From assembly GCA_965197925.1 (NCBI GenBank), contig CBDAOC010000019.1, positions 1-64,000 of the forward strand: a DNA stretch of 64,000 nucleotides, read 5' to 3'. The position numbers were made by a program, and so were the translations under genes. The first letter of the stretch is position 1. Each line of letters starts with the position of its first letter. Below, one piece after another: positions 22,759 through 34,093 of the stretch. The notes under the pieces were generated by a model, which worked only from the letters and a program-made list of their open reading frames with translations, was not told the origin of the DNA and did no database searches. The stretch comes from Nitrososphaerales archaeon (GTDB lineage Archaea; Thermoproteota; Nitrososphaeria; Nitrososphaerales; UBA213).

Positions 22759-22820
22759 AATTAGTATCTGCGTGCAAACCGCATACTTTAACCTTGCTGA
22801 TAATATCTTGACACTGTCAA

Positions 22821-23354
22821 TTAAAAATCTATTCCCATTTTTGCCTTCTTCCCTTGTCTATAAGGATGTTTGATCTCCTTCATCTCTGTAACAATATCAG
22901 CAGTTTCTATCACTTTGTCACTCACGTAATTGCCTGTTAGCACCAGTGTTGTATGTTTGGGTTTTATTTTTATCAATGTCAAGACATCGTCAACACAAAT
23001 CAGTTTCAGATTCACTGCATAATTTACTTCATCCAAAATTACTATATCATATTTCCCGGAAACAATTTTTTCCTTGCTTATTAATAATGCTTGATTCGCA
23101 GCTGCAACATGATCCTCTATTGGTTTATCATCATCTATTATTCCAACAAAACCTTTACCCGCAACAACGAGTTCAAAATCAGGCGCTAACTTACTGGAGC
23201 TAGTCAATTCACCATAAAACCATTTTCCCTTAATGAATTGAATCATTACAACCTTGAATCCATAACCCAATGCACGTAATGCCATACCAAGTGCAGCGGT
23301 TGTTTTCCCCTTGCCCTTACCCGTATAAACTACCACTAAACCGCCGTCGCTCAC
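22821..23354 (-). CDS. cobO: Cob(I)yrinic acid a,c-diamide adenosyltransferase (CobO/BtuR type)
   Basis: YTGKGKGKTTAALG, IQFIKG, ILDE, KHPY. Confidence 0.93.
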   Translation of the reverse strand: MSDGGLVVVYTGKGKGKTTAALGMALRALGYGFKVVMIQFIKGKWFYGELTSSSKLAPDFELVVAGKGFVGIIDDDKPIEDHVAAANQALLISKEKIVSGKYDIVILDEVNYAVNLKLICVDDVLTLIKIKPKHTTLVLTGNYVSDKVIETADIVTEMKEIKHPYRQGKKAKMGIDF

Positions 23355-23403
23355 GTATCTCCCCTAGTATAGTTTTAAATAAAAACTATAAGATTGTTCC
23401 ATA

Positions 23404-24762
23404 TTGGTACATAGGATTGTTATTGCTGGTGTAACTAGCGGTGTAGGTAAAACTAGTGTCTCTATAGCTTTGATGAAAGCATTAAGAGAAAAAGGTTATT
23501 TGGTTCAGGCCTTCAAGGCAGGCCCGGACTACATAGATCCAGGTTACCATTCATTGATAACGGATAGGCCATCAAAAAACCTAGATCCCTGGCTAATGGG
23601 TGAAGATGGTCTTCTACAAACTTTTCATGAGGCAAGTAAGGATGCTGATTTTGCGGTTATTGAAGGCGTGATGGGTCTATTCGACGGTTTATCTGGTTCA
23701 AATAATTTCGCAAGCACCGCACACATTGCCAAATTATTGAAAAGTCCTATTCTTCTTGTAATGGATGCATCCAAAGCGGCTCGTTCAGTTGCAGCAATTG
23801 CTTACGGTTTTATAAAATTCGATCCCTCTATACGTATTGCAGCAGTTATACTGAATCATATAGCCAGCGATAAACATGCCAAATACTGCATCGAAGCATT
23901 TAACCAAGTGAAGATTCCTATCCTAGGAATTGTAGGAAGAAGCAAGCATCTTAGATTGCAGGAACGCCATCTTGGGCTCGTGCCAACTTCTGAAAGGAAA
24001 AAAATGTTATACAAAGTAATAAGGATGGCCAATCATATTAAGGAGCAGCTAAATGTCGATAAAACAATATCAATTGCAAGGAAAGCTCCCAAACTACAAA
24101 TCAGAATCAATCAAACTTATAAGAAAATATATGTGACGATAGCCGTTGCTTTAGATGAATCATTCAACTTCTACTACGCAGATAATCTGGATATATTACG
24201 ATCGTTGGGTGCAGAATTGAAATTCTTCAGTCCTGTAAATGATAAACGCATACCCGATGCAAATGGTCTATATATTGGAGGAGGTTTTCCAGAAGTGCTT
24301 GCTGATAAACTAGTAAAAAATTCTGATATGATTCATGCCATAAGAAAAGCAACATTGAATGGAATGCCAACTTATGCTGAATGTGGTGGACTCATGTATC
24401 TAACCCGAAGTATAAAGGGTTTAGCAGGTAAAAAATATAACATGGTAAATTTGTTCGATGTCGATACTATCATGGGTGATAGACCTACGTTAAATTATAC
24501 TGATGCGAAGGTTGACAACTCATGTGTAATGGCAAGTATTGGTAAAACAATTCGAGGACATGAATTTCATTACTCAAGTATTGGTAATGTTCCAAACGAT
24601 ACCAGATTTGCATATCGATTGAAGAAAGGTGTGGGAGTTAATGGGCACAACGACGGATTCATTGAATATAACACGCTTGCATCATACATGCATGTACATT
24701 TTGCAAATAGAAGTTTGACCGAAAGCTTTTTGAGAACATGTAAGAAATATTCATATGGTTAG
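23404..24762 (+). CDS. cbiA: Cobyrinate a,c-diamide synthase
   Basis: SGVGKT, KAGPDYIDP, EGVMGLFDG, ERHLGL, AECGG, GHEFHYS. Confidence 0.94.
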   Translation: MVHRIVIAGVTSGVGKTSVSIALMKALREKGYLVQAFKAGPDYIDPGYHSLITDRPSKNLDPWLMGEDGLLQTFHEASKDADFAVIEGVMGLFDGLSGSNNFASTAHIAKLLKSPILLVMDASKAARSVAAIAYGFIKFDPSIRIAAVILNHIASDKHAKYCIEAFNQVKIPILGIVGRSKHLRLQERHLGLVPTSERKKMLYKVIRMANHIKEQLNVDKTISIARKAPKLQIRINQTYKKIYVTIAVALDESFNFYYADNLDILRSLGAELKFFSPVNDKRIPDANGLYIGGGFPEVLADKLVKNSDMIHAIRKATLNGMPTYAECGGLMYLTRSIKGLAGKKYNMVNLFDVDTIMGDRPTLNYTDAKVDNSCVMASIGKTIRGHEFHYSSIGNVPNDTRFAYRLKKGVGVNGHNDGFIEYNTLASYMHVHFANRSLTESFLRTCKKYSYG

Positions 24763-25394
24763 CAAAATTTGTCTCTATAAATGCTAAACAATGCGTTGAT
24801 TATTGATGCAGCTACAGTACTTCCACCTTTTCTACCTTTATTTGTTATGTAAGGAACGTTGGTGCGAGCAAGTTCATCCTTCGATTCAGCAGAGGAAACA
24901 AATCCAACAGGGATTCCAATGATTAGCGCCGGTTTTGCACTATTTTCCTTCACCATTCTTATCAATTCGTAAAGTGCAGTAGGAGCATTCCCAATTGCCA
25001 CTATTCCAATGTTGATATCCTTGATTGCTTTACGCATAGATACTTCTGCTCTGGTTTTATTGAGTTGTTTTGCTTCAATAGCAATTGTGGGATCAGAGAT
25101 GTGGCATTTGGTTTTGATTCCAAAGTCATGCAAATTTTTCTTGTTGAGTCCTGCCAAAACTATATCCGAGTCACCCACTATAGTACATTTGCTTCTGATT
25201 GCTTCTAATGTAGAATGTATAGCATCGCTGTGAAATATTATTCTGTTTTGATTAGCAAAATCAAAATCGGCGGTTGCATGGATCACCCGCCTTACAACAA
25301 TCCACTGTAATTCATCATAATCATGTTTTCCGATCTCTTGATCTATTATCTCCATACTCCTCTTTTCAATATTAGCAGCTTTTTCAGACGCCAT
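24759..25394 (-). CDS. cbiC: Precorrin-8X methylmutase
   Basis: RRVIHATADF, GNAPTAL, PVGFV, GRKGGS. Confidence 0.94.
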   Translation of the reverse strand: MASEKAANIEKRSMEIIDQEIGKHDYDELQWIVVRRVIHATADFDFANQNRIIFHSDAIHSTLEAIRSKCTIVGDSDIVLAGLNKKNLHDFGIKTKCHISDPTIAIEAKQLNKTRAEVSMRKAIKDINIGIVAIGNAPTALYELIRMVKENSAKPALIIGIPVGFVSSAESKDELARTNVPYITNKGRKGGSTVAASIINALFSIYRDKFC

Positions 25395-26142
25395 AATTCT
25401 TTTCTACTTCCCTTGCTAGTTCAATCAGAACCTCAACTATTTTATGGTCAACACCTAGATGCTCTGCCATGTAAACCTTACATGAGGTAGAATTTCTTAC
25501 AGCTTTAGATACTTCTTCCTTTACATCATTCTTAATATGAGTCCCTCTATGGAGAAAATACGGCATAACTATCAGTACCCTAGGTATATTGGCAAATGAT
25601 AGTTTTATACCATCTTCTATGTTTGGCGTATCAAGCTCAAGAAAGCAGAAGCTAACATTTCTATAATTTTGTCGGATGGAATCCGCGATAAAAATAAATG
25701 CGTTCCTGGCATCCCTGTCCGTACTACCATGACCAATTAGTAGTACATCACACTCTTTATCTTTCAAGTTTATACTTTGCTTCCGTTTTACTTCATCTAT
25801 TCGATCTTTTACTATATCCACAAATCCCAAATGATAATTCAAGCATTCTGTTATCGCGTACTTAAAATCCATCTCGGATACAATTTTCATACTTTGTTTT
25901 ACCGCCAATTTTGACTTCATACCAGGATAAAGAAAGTAAGGTATTATTGTAATAAACTCCGCGCCATGTCTCACACAGGATCTGATACCTTCTTCTATAT
26001 ATGGTGGTGTCACTTCCAGAAAAGCGTAATTAGAGAAATAGTAATCTCCACATTCTTTTACAAGTGAACAAATATCATGAAGTTCATTCTTGACATCTTG
26101 CTCCCTACTTCCTCTGTCTATCAACAACAAAGCTTTCTTCAA
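25384..26142 (-). CDS. cbiX: Sirohydrochlorin cobaltochelatase, two-domain CbiX
   Basis: Duplicated GS..FLE..P..PYFL domains; GHGS and PYFLHRGTH in the second. Confidence 0.88.
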   Translation of the reverse strand: MKKALLLIDRGSREQDVKNELHDICSLVKECGDYYFSNYAFLEVTPPYIEEGIRSCVRHGAEFITIIPYFLYPGMKSKLAVKQSMKIVSEMDFKYAITECLNYHLGFVDIVKDRIDEVKRKQSINLKDKECDVLLIGHGSTDRDARNAFIFIADSIRQNYRNVSFCFLELDTPNIEDGIKLSFANIPRVLIVMPYFLHRGTHIKNDVKEEVSKAVRNSTSCKVYMAEHLGVDHKIVEVLIELAREVEKNYGV

Positions 26143-27233
26143 TTTACCTCCACCCTTGTCACAGCAACTGTAAGATTGGGCGGAAATTTTTGCTTCTGAA
26201 CTATTAATCTATCACTCTTAGCACTCAAGATAGCTGAAGCCTCCGATACACTCGCAGTACCTTCGAATTTCTTCACCGTATCTGATGGATTTGGTACATC
26301 AATGCTCAACAATTGGTTTTTGTCAAAATACTCTTCAGGAATATTGAACTCATTTGAAAATTCTTTCAAGCCTTTATTAGTCCTCTTCTTTATGGTTGCA
26401 ATATTCCTAATGCACTTGAAACTCAGATTTGCCTTTTTCAATGTGGACTGTATACCGTTAATAATATTTTCTTTGTTAGTATCCCAATGTAATCCAATTC
26501 CAATAACTAAAGATTTTGGTCTGTATACTACTGACTTTTTCAACAATATTTCATATTTGTTACCAAGAAGGCTATCAGTAATGATTAATGCGGCTTTGTA
26601 ATCTTCGCTACTCAATTCATTGATGTTATTAACAAAAAATACATTTCTTGGTAAACGTCTGTCATTAGGCCACCAGTTACGTTCACCGACATCCTGAAAT
26701 ATTCCTATCTTATCTTCATTGACCATATATGCACTTACTTGTGTAACAGTTGAATCATCTTCAATTTCCCATCCAAACTCTCTGCCTAATAGATCAACTG
26801 CAATAGTTTCATTTACATCAGCTGCAGTTGTAATAACCGGTGTAGCATTCAGTGAAGATGCGATCAATCGGGTCAGTGCGTTCGCACCTCCAATATGTCC
26901 AGATAATGTGCTTATCACAAACTGTGCCTTGTCATCTATTACAAGAACAGCTGGATCAGTCTTCTTATCCTTTAAGTGAGGAGTAATTAAGCGTATTACC
27001 GCTCCAAGAGAGAATATACAAACAAGTGCTTCATGAGATCTGAATAATTTACTTATTACCATTGAACTTCCCTCACTATACCAATTAATATCATCTTTTC
27101 CATCGCTGAACTTGTCTGGGACATAAATATCAAACTCTGGTATTCTAGTCTTTAATTTTCTGGCGATCTCTATTCCATGCTTTGTTATTGCAACAACTCC
27201 TGTTTTGCCCATCACTATATATGCGACAAACAA
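26139..27233 (-). CDS. cbiG: Cobalt-precorrin-5A hydrolase CbiG (start probably MGKTG)
   Basis: KKTDPAVLVID, LSGHIGGAN, PVITTA, SVSEASA. Confidence 0.92.
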   Translation of the reverse strand: MFVAYIVMGKTGVVAITKHGIEIARKLKTRIPEFDIYVPDKFSDGKDDINWYSEGSSMVISKLFRSHEALVCIFSLGAVIRLITPHLKDKKTDPAVLVIDDKAQFVISTLSGHIGGANALTRLIASSLNATPVITTAADVNETIAVDLLGREFGWEIEDDSTVTQVSAYMVNEDKIGIFQDVGERNWWPNDRRLPRNVFFVNNINELSSEDYKAALIITDSLLGNKYEILLKKSVVYRPKSLVIGIGLHWDTNKENIINGIQSTLKKANLSFKCIRNIATIKKRTNKGLKEFSNEFNIPEEYFDKNQLLSIDVPNPSDTVKKFEGTASVSEASAILSAKSDRLIVQKQKFPPNLTVAVTRVEVN

Positions 27234-27567
27234 CTAGAAATATCCTTTTCTATTCGCAATAGTTCCGGAACTAGGATTGTTGAAAATAAAATCACCCATT
27301 GTCTATTTATGCAAATCACTCGTACATAGATTGATAGGAATAATCTGGTTGTTAAATATATGAGAAAAGATTAGAATCAATTCGGAACCTGTTACTATAA
27401 AATGCAAGTTACCCGTGCCAACTTCGCAGATCTTCATGTATTATAACATGTTGATTCATTTTGAGAAGCATGTAATATAATAATTGAAAGCTAGAAGCGC
27501 TAATGGTTATTGCATGATCAAGTACCAATTAGGGTACGTTAAGGGCATATTTGTACAATATTGTAAT

Positions 27568-28445
27568 CAACTGATCCCAAAACTGATCATTTAGTGAATA
27601 ATTGACGATCATTTGGATCTATTTGCAATGCTGCCCGTAGCAGATCATGAAATTTCAGGAGATAACAGGTGAACAATGGAAGATGATATCACCGCATCTC
27701 CCCAAGCCAGCCAGAACCGGAAGGCCAAGGGCAGACGACAGAAAGACAGTCAACGGAATCCTGTTTGTCGGGATAACAGGATGCAGGTGGACTGGGATGT
27801 CACAAAGGTACGGCTCCAAATCAACTGCGCACCGCAGACTGCAGAACTGGCAGCGACGTGGAATATGGAAGAATATCCTCTCCGCTGCAGTCAAATCAGC
27901 CCACAGATCAGGCAAGATGCAGCTGCAAAAAACGGTCGATTCGTCATCAGTTCCGGCCAAAAAAGGGGAAGCGTCATAGGATACAACGGATTCAACAGGA
28001 TTTCAGGCACAAAAATACACGTTGCGGTGGAACAAAACGGACTGCCAGTCTCAGTAGTAATGTCCTGCAAATCAGCATGACTCTGCAAGATTTGTAGACG
28101 TGATGGATGGCATCTCACAATATCTGGATGAGAGATCTATCAGAAAAATTGCGCGGTGCCAAGCAGACAAGGGCTATGATGCAGAATTCATCAGGAAATA
28201 CCTCACCAAAAGAAAAATCTCTGACTGCATACCTTACAGAAAAAACAGTAAGACACAACAACAAAATGATAATACAGAACAATACCTATACGGCAAGACG
28301 CGCTATGTTGTGGAGAGATTCTTTGCCTGGTTGAAGAATGGGTTCCACAGAACCAGGATCAGATATGAGAAGAATGCACAAAACTATCTGGCATTTGTTA
28401 TCATTTCGTCGATTATGATGTATTGGAGAGTATTGGGATGACTTC
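27568..28445 (+). mobile_element. IS family B variant (GC-richer), 2-bp deletion in orfB
   Basis: Termini CAACTGATCCCAAAAC / GTATTGGGATGACTTC; TSD AAT/AAT; lacks GG present in copy 49549. Confidence 0.92.
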
Positions 28446-28489
28446 AATATCTGTTTTAAGAATAACTGAGTTTCCAAACTACTTCTAGT

Positions 28490-28834
28490 GAATGAACATC
28501 ATATTCTCAGCAATTACCTTACTAGTTACATCCCTGGCAACCCATACTACCCCCACCTTCATAGCCCAAATTGGTCTTTGCTTCATCAACTCCTATACAC
28601 CTTCTATACACTTTCTATACACCTTCTATACATCTTATCTTGCACTGATAACGCCTTTCGAATTATATTATTTCATAGCCTTACAAATTCATACCAAAAT
28701 CTACCAAATGATGATACCTTCCTATATTATAATCCAGATTGGTGGGTCAAGGTAGTGATAACCTGTGAGTTTTTAGGTATCTTCTTACTGTTGAATTTTC
28801 TAACCTCAATGGCTCTTTGTACAATTACATCCAT
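28490..28834 (-). pseudogene. Possible nitroreductase-like remnant containing an 11-bp x4 tandem repeat (28593-28636)
   Basis: MDV..RAIEVRKFNSKKIP start resembles nitroreductase N-termini; many stops. Confidence 0.25.
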
Positions 28835-28964
28835 AATAATTACATATAGGTTGAGGTAAACAATGGGCAAAGAGGTAAAACAAACACGTTCTTAGTAAAA
28901 TCTCATCTCGAGATCATCAATAAAAAAAGATTAATTAGGGGTTAATAATTTTTTTATATCTACA

Positions 28965-29345
28965 ATGAAGAAAGCTATTGAGAATCTAACCAAGAGGAAG
29001 TCAAGCGGTGGACGTAGGAAGGCATTAAGGAGTAGAAGAAAGTATGAGTTAGATAGATATCCTAATGAACCTGTTTTGGGTAAGCAACAGACCGTAGTAA
29101 AGAAGGTAAGAGGTTACAACTATAAATTAGTTACAAAGACAGTAGAATTTGCGAATGTAGTAGATCCGGCCTCAAGGAAAGTCACTAAAATAAAGATTAA
29201 GAGAGTTGCAAGCAACCCATGCAACAAAGACTACCAGAGAAGAGGGGTTGTAACAAAAGGTGCTATAATAGATATTGAGGGAGGAACGGCGAGAGTGTTA
29301 TCAAGGCCTGGGCAGGACGGAACCATTAATGCTATTCTTTTATAG
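28965..29345 (+). CDS. rps8e: 30S ribosomal protein S8e
   Basis: RKSSGG, RKYE, TKGAII, SRPGQDG. Confidence 0.95.
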   Translation: MKKAIENLTKRKSSGGRRKALRSRRKYELDRYPNEPVLGKQQTVVKKVRGYNYKLVTKTVEFANVVDPASRKVTKIKIKRVASNPCNKDYQRRGVVTKGAIIDIEGGTARVLSRPGQDGTINAILL

Positions 29346-29354
29346 TGATCTAAG

Positions 29355-29657
29355 ATGAAAGATTATGAGCATAAGATCATTTGGTTAGACTATTTTAACA
29401 AAAATTTGAGTAGAAAGAAGGGGAGGAAAGTCAACAAGGATAGAGCTATTTCTGATCCTAAAATTAATGAACTTGAGCATGCTGCCAAATCATCCGGTTA
29501 CAACCCCACGGAAACTAATGCTGAGATAAATTATCCAAGAAGGGCATTTGTAAGATCAGGTTACATAATGATTGATAACAAGCACTCCAAGTCAAAAGTT
29601 ATTAACACCATTGGACAAAAGTTGCAACACTTTAGAGAAAAGAATTCAGCAAAGTGA
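29355..29657 (+). CDS. srp19: Signal recognition particle protein SRP19
   Basis: IWLDYFN..SRKKGRKV, YPR, SKSKV. Confidence 0.9.
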   Translation: MKDYEHKIIWLDYFNKNLSRKKGRKVNKDRAISDPKINELEHAAKSSGYNPTETNAEINYPRRAFVRSGYIMIDNKHSKSKVINTIGQKLQHFREKNSAK

Positions 29658-29694
29658 TAATGAGTATAAGATAAAGAAAGATTGACAGCCAACT

Positions 29695-29955
29695 ATGATA
29701 GTAAGTAATACGATCGTGATCCAATTGCAGGAGATTGGAGAAATTTTGCATATAGCGAAAAGTGGTAGAATAATCGTAAAGCTTAGCCAAAAAGTAAATG
29801 TTGGCGACATATTTGTAGATGTAAAAGGTAAGAAGATAGCTAAAGTAATTGAATTTATTGGACCAGTAAAGTCACCTTATGCATCTGCAGTAATTATAAC
29901 TGATAGAGCAAAGAAGTTTGTTGGTACTAAATTATATAGGGGAGGAAGAAAATGA
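29695..29955 (+). CDS. gar1: H/ACA RNP subunit Gar1
   Basis: IGPVKSPY motif; position between srp19 and tfb. Confidence 0.85.
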   Translation: MIVSNTIVIQLQEIGEILHIAKSGRIIVKLSQKVNVGDIFVDVKGKKIAKVIEFIGPVKSPYASAVIITDRAKKFVGTKLYRGGRK

Positions 29956-30914
29956 ACGAATCATTTTACACGAACAGTTGTCCAGAATGTAATACAAACT
30001 TGATTGAAGATAAAAGTAAGGGAGAATGTTTTTGCCCAGCATGCGGTTATGTTGTCATCGATCAGATAGAAAACTTGGGACCAGAATCTATATCATCTGA
30101 TTTACAAGATAGAATGAAGACGGCTAGAACAGGTAGTCCTGTGAGTTATTCAATGCATGATCTTGGACTCAGCACAGAAATTGCGTGTTCATTTAAAGAT
30201 TTTAGCGGTAGGCCGTTAGAATCATCTATAGCAGATCAGATGCAAGGAGTAAGAAAATGGCATTCCAGAATAAGGGTTTCGTCCCCAAAGGAAAGAAGAT
30301 TATCAAGTGTATTATCAAAAATAAACGAAACCTGTACATCAATGAATCTACCAAAAATTATAGTAGAAACAGCATCCAAGTGTTACCGAAACTACGAGAA
30401 TCAAAATACAGCCAAAGGTAAATCTGTAGCGTGTATGGCAGCAGCTACTGTGTACCTTGCATGCAAAAGTTGCAGAGTGCTTAGATCACTAGAAGAAATC
30501 GTTGCAGCTGCTGGTGCACGAAATTCAAACAATTCGTACTTAAAGTTGACATCCAAATACTACAGAATGCTGATTATGGATCTTGGTGGTAACATGCAAC
30601 AGCAATTTTCGGTAGACCACTACATTTCCAAACTTGCTAATATAGCAAAGATTGATGCTAAGGTTGAGAGACTTGCAATTGAAATAGCGCATGAAACAGA
30701 GGATCATGTATTAGCAGATGGAAAAGCACCTAATGGTCTTGCCGCTGCTTATCTGTACATAGCTTCCATACTTGTAGGAGTAAATGTACTACAGCGGGAT
30801 ATATCGAGTTTTTCCAACGTGACAGAAGTTACCATTAGAAATAGATGCAAGGATATACTTACGAATTTCAAGATAAAGGTAACATTGAAGCCCATAGAAA
30901 TTCAATCCAACTAA
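29952..30914 (+). CDS. tfb: Transcription initiation factor IIB
   Basis: CPEC..CPACG ribbon, ARTG, HDLGLST, cyclin repeats, VTEVTIRNR. Confidence 0.95.
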   Translation: MNESFYTNSCPECNTNLIEDKSKGECFCPACGYVVIDQIENLGPESISSDLQDRMKTARTGSPVSYSMHDLGLSTEIACSFKDFSGRPLESSIADQMQGVRKWHSRIRVSSPKERRLSSVLSKINETCTSMNLPKIIVETASKCYRNYENQNTAKGKSVACMAAATVYLACKSCRVLRSLEEIVAAAGARNSNNSYLKLTSKYYRMLIMDLGGNMQQQFSVDHYISKLANIAKIDAKVERLAIEIAHETEDHVLADGKAPNGLAAAYLYIASILVGVNVLQRDISSFSNVTEVTIRNRCKDILTNFKIKVTLKPIEIQSN

Positions 30915-30960
30915 ATTTTTTCTCAAGCTTTATATTATATTGTTTAACTGACCTGTTCAG

Positions 30961-31734
30961 ATGACACAATTAGAGATTAAAGATCTTCACGTTAGCATTG
31001 ATAGCAAGGAGATAATCAAAGGTCTTAACTTTAGTACCAAGCAGGGTGAGGTACATGCAATAATGGGCCCTAATGGTTCTGGTAAAAGCACCATGGCATA
31101 TACCTTGTTAGGACACCCAAAGTATAGTGTGACCTCCGGCAATATCTTGATAGATGGAGAAAATATACTGGAATTGTCGACTGATGAGCGAGCAAAAAAG
31201 GGACTTTTCTTAGGATTCCAATATCCGACGGAAGTGGCGGGAGTAGGCTACAGCAACTTTCTACGAAGCGCATACAATACATTGAGTAAGGCATACAGTC
31301 AGGAAAATAGAGAAGTGTTCCTGACTGTTAGAGAATTTCATAACTACATAAAGAAGAATTTGGATCTTGTTGGACTTGATAGCTCATTTTTAGCCAGGTA
31401 CCTTAATGAAGGATTTTCTGGGGGAGAGAAGAAACGTTCAGAAGTTATGCAATTACTTGTACTGAAACCAAAGATTGCCGTGTTGGATGAGCCCGATTCC
31501 GGACTTGACATAGACTCGGTTAAAGCAGTTGCAAATTCGATAGATCAATTAGTAAATCCTGAATGCGGTGTTATAGTTATAACCCATTACGCAAGGATCT
31601 TACGGTATATGAAGAAACTAGAATATGTACATGTGATGTCCAAGGGTAGGATTGTCAAATCTGGTGGAAGAGAACTTGCGGAAATGCTAGAAGAAAATGG
31701 TTATAGTTGGCTTAAGGGAGAGACAGGTGAATAG
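30961..31734 (+). CDS. sufC: Fe-S cluster assembly ATPase SufC
   Basis: GPNGSGKST, FQYP, NEGFSGGEKKR, LDEPDSGLD, ITHY. Confidence 0.95.
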   Translation: MTQLEIKDLHVSIDSKEIIKGLNFSTKQGEVHAIMGPNGSGKSTMAYTLLGHPKYSVTSGNILIDGENILELSTDERAKKGLFLGFQYPTEVAGVGYSNFLRSAYNTLSKAYSQENREVFLTVREFHNYIKKNLDLVGLDSSFLARYLNEGFSGGEKKRSEVMQLLVLKPKIAVLDEPDSGLDIDSVKAVANSIDQLVNPECGVIVITHYARILRYMKKLEYVHVMSKGRIVKSGGRELAEMLEENGYSWLKGETGE

Positions 31735-31852
31735 CTATTCCTGCTATCATATCTAAATTCTAATTAACTCATTTACTTTTCCTCTCCTATAGGAAGAATT
31801 AGATTATTAATTAAAATTTTTCATACATAAAAAAAGAATTATAATTTTAAAT

Positions 31853-32551
31853 ATGGACAGAATAACTGGTAATATAATGTCTGATGAATATAAACAAAAA
31901 TTTCTTAACTTTTCATTCTTCAAGACTGATTCTAAGTGGAGATGGATGAATGAACAAACTAAACAGGAATCTGCAAAAGAATTTGTTTCGATCATAAATT
32001 CGGAGAGTGATGTGCAATACAGATCGTATTCCACTTTAGGATTAAGGGAAGATACTGACTTTTTGCTTCTTATGATCTCCGATGTTCTTGACAGCACCCA
32101 AGAGCTGACATCGAAATTGTATCATACAATCTTCGGTAAATACATGAATCCTGCTTTTAATTATCTATCACTAACCAGACCTTCAACTTATGCCCAAGCT
32201 TCTATCCCTGAGTTTATGAAGAGTCAACAATCCTTGAACTATCTAATAGTTTATCCTTTTGTGAAGGACAGAGAATGGTATTTGCTCCCATTTGAAGAGC
32301 GCAAAAAGATGATGAATGAACATATAACCATAGGTAGAAAGTTTCCCCAAGTAAAACTTAACACAACATATTCGTTTGGCCTAGATGATCAGGACTTTAT
32401 GCTTGCGTTTGAAACGGAAGATTTATCAGCATTTCAAGATCTCATAATGCAGCTGAGGGAGACGCAAGTAAGTAAATATATTGTAAAGGATACGCCAATG
32501 ATAGTCTGTGTCCGGAAGGATTTAGAGGAGCTGATAAGGAGTTTAGGTTGA
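31853..32551 (+). CDS. Chlorite dismutase / coproheme decarboxylase family heme protein
   Basis: YPFVK..WYLLPFEER..MMNEH..G, SFGLDDQDF. Confidence 0.88.
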   Translation: MDRITGNIMSDEYKQKFLNFSFFKTDSKWRWMNEQTKQESAKEFVSIINSESDVQYRSYSTLGLREDTDFLLLMISDVLDSTQELTSKLYHTIFGKYMNPAFNYLSLTRPSTYAQASIPEFMKSQQSLNYLIVYPFVKDREWYLLPFEERKKMMNEHITIGRKFPQVKLNTTYSFGLDDQDFMLAFETEDLSAFQDLIMQLRETQVSKYIVKDTPMIVCVRKDLEELIRSLG

Positions 32552-32552
32552 C

Positions 32553-33110
32553 ATGCAACTTGTCAAAGAATGGCAAGCGTTGAAGGAATGGGCTGTAGTT
32601 GTGAGAGCATTGGAGGAGGGCGAACAGTGTATATTATTCAGGAAGGGTGGTATACTCGACCCTGATTTCTTGATTGAAAGTTCGGAATTTCTACTTTTTC
32701 CAACATTTGAGCATCAGACCAAGGAATATCTAAAGGATCATTATAAGAACAAATTTGATGAACTGTTATCAGAAAAAAGTACGAATAAGGTTATCATCAC
32801 CTCTGCTGCGAAAGTTGTTACCGCATGGGAAACGAATGATAAAGAGACCATCCATGAACTAGGGAAGTATCATGTTTACAATGATGATTTTATTGACTAT
32901 AGGATGCAGTGGAATCAGGATAAACCTATTTGTATATTATTTGTACGTAATTATCCCTTGGCTGATCCTCTCAAGAAAGATATTTTACCTGAATATGCTG
33001 GCTGCCGATCATGGATCAAGATGCATGCTTCAGCAAGTTTTGGTAATCCGGTATTGAGCGATAAAGAATTTAATGAAATCAAAATGGTATTAGAGGAGAT
33101 TCTATCTTGA
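32553..33110 (+). CDS. DUF1802-family protein
   Basis: ALKEWAVV..G.Q.ILFRKGGI, FPTFEHQ, YAGCRSW. Confidence 0.85.
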   Translation: MQLVKEWQALKEWAVVVRALEEGEQCILFRKGGILDPDFLIESSEFLLFPTFEHQTKEYLKDHYKNKFDELLSEKSTNKVIITSAAKVVTAWETNDKETIHELGKYHVYNDDFIDYRMQWNQDKPICILFVRNYPLADPLKKDILPEYAGCRSWIKMHASASFGNPVLSDKEFNEIKMVLEEILS

Positions 33111-34093
33111 AGTATAGAAAACTTGGGAAGAGCGACTTAAGGGTATCAGAGATAGGTTTCGGTGCATGGGTTTTTGGATTGGATTGGTGGGGCAAGAAGA
33201 TTGATGACGAAGAAGGTATGAAAATGCTAAGGAGAGCCTATGATCTTGGGATCACATTTTACGACACTGCTGATATTTATGGTAGGGGAAAAAGTGAGAA
33301 AATTATTGCCAAAGCATTCAAGGGTATGCGAAACGAGGTGGTGTTATCAACAAAATTTGGATATGATATTTATGGTGATATTGAACAGGTAGGTCATAAG
33401 GAATTACCACAAAAATTCACAACAGAATTTACAAAATATGCACTGGACAAGAGTTTAAGCAGATTGGATGCAGATTATGTAGACCTGTATAGTATGCATA
33501 ACCCAAAAATGGAACATATACAAAGCGATATTGTGTTCAAAACCCTTGATGAATTAAGGTTGGAGGGAAAGATCAAGCATTATGGAATTGCTTTGGGGCC
33601 AGCTATTGGTTGGAAGGATGAGGGGATACTTGCCATGCGGGGGAGAAATATTACGGCGTTACAGACGGTTTACAATATTCTTGAGCAGGATCCAGCTAAG
33701 GACTTTTTTTCCATTGCAAGAGAGAAGGATGTGGGTGTAATGGTAAGGGTTCCTGATGCTTCTGGTGTTTTAACGGGGAAGGTCGATACTAAAACAGTAT
33801 TAAACAAGGATGATCATAGAAGTCATAGGAAGCAAGAATGGATTGTTGAAGCTATGAAGAAGGTAGGAAACCTTAGACCGTTTGCAGAATCAAAGGGATG
33901 GAATATTATTGAATTGGCTATCAAGTTCATACTTAGCGAAAAAGCGATATCTGTGATTTTACCCACGGCCACTAGTGTGGAAGAAGTTGAGATGTTTGCT
34001 AGTATTTCAGATAGCAAATACCTGAATGGACAAGAGTATGAACAAGTTAAGGAAATGTATAACAATAACTTTTCCGTTCATGGATCAAGTTAG
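33107..34093 (+). CDS. Aldo/keto reductase
   Basis: LGKSDLRVSEIGFG, DTADIYG, STKFG, DLYSMH. Confidence 0.93.
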   Translation: MKYRKLGKSDLRVSEIGFGAWVFGLDWWGKKIDDEEGMKMLRRAYDLGITFYDTADIYGRGKSEKIIAKAFKGMRNEVVLSTKFGYDIYGDIEQVGHKELPQKFTTEFTKYALDKSLSRLDADYVDLYSMHNPKMEHIQSDIVFKTLDELRLEGKIKHYGIALGPAIGWKDEGILAMRGRNITALQTVYNILEQDPAKDFFSIAREKDVGVMVRVPDASGVLTGKVDTKTVLNKDDHRSHRKQEWIVEAMKKVGNLRPFAESKGWNIIELAIKFILSEKAISVILPTATSVEEVEMFASISDSKYLNGQEYEQVKEMYNNNFSVHGSS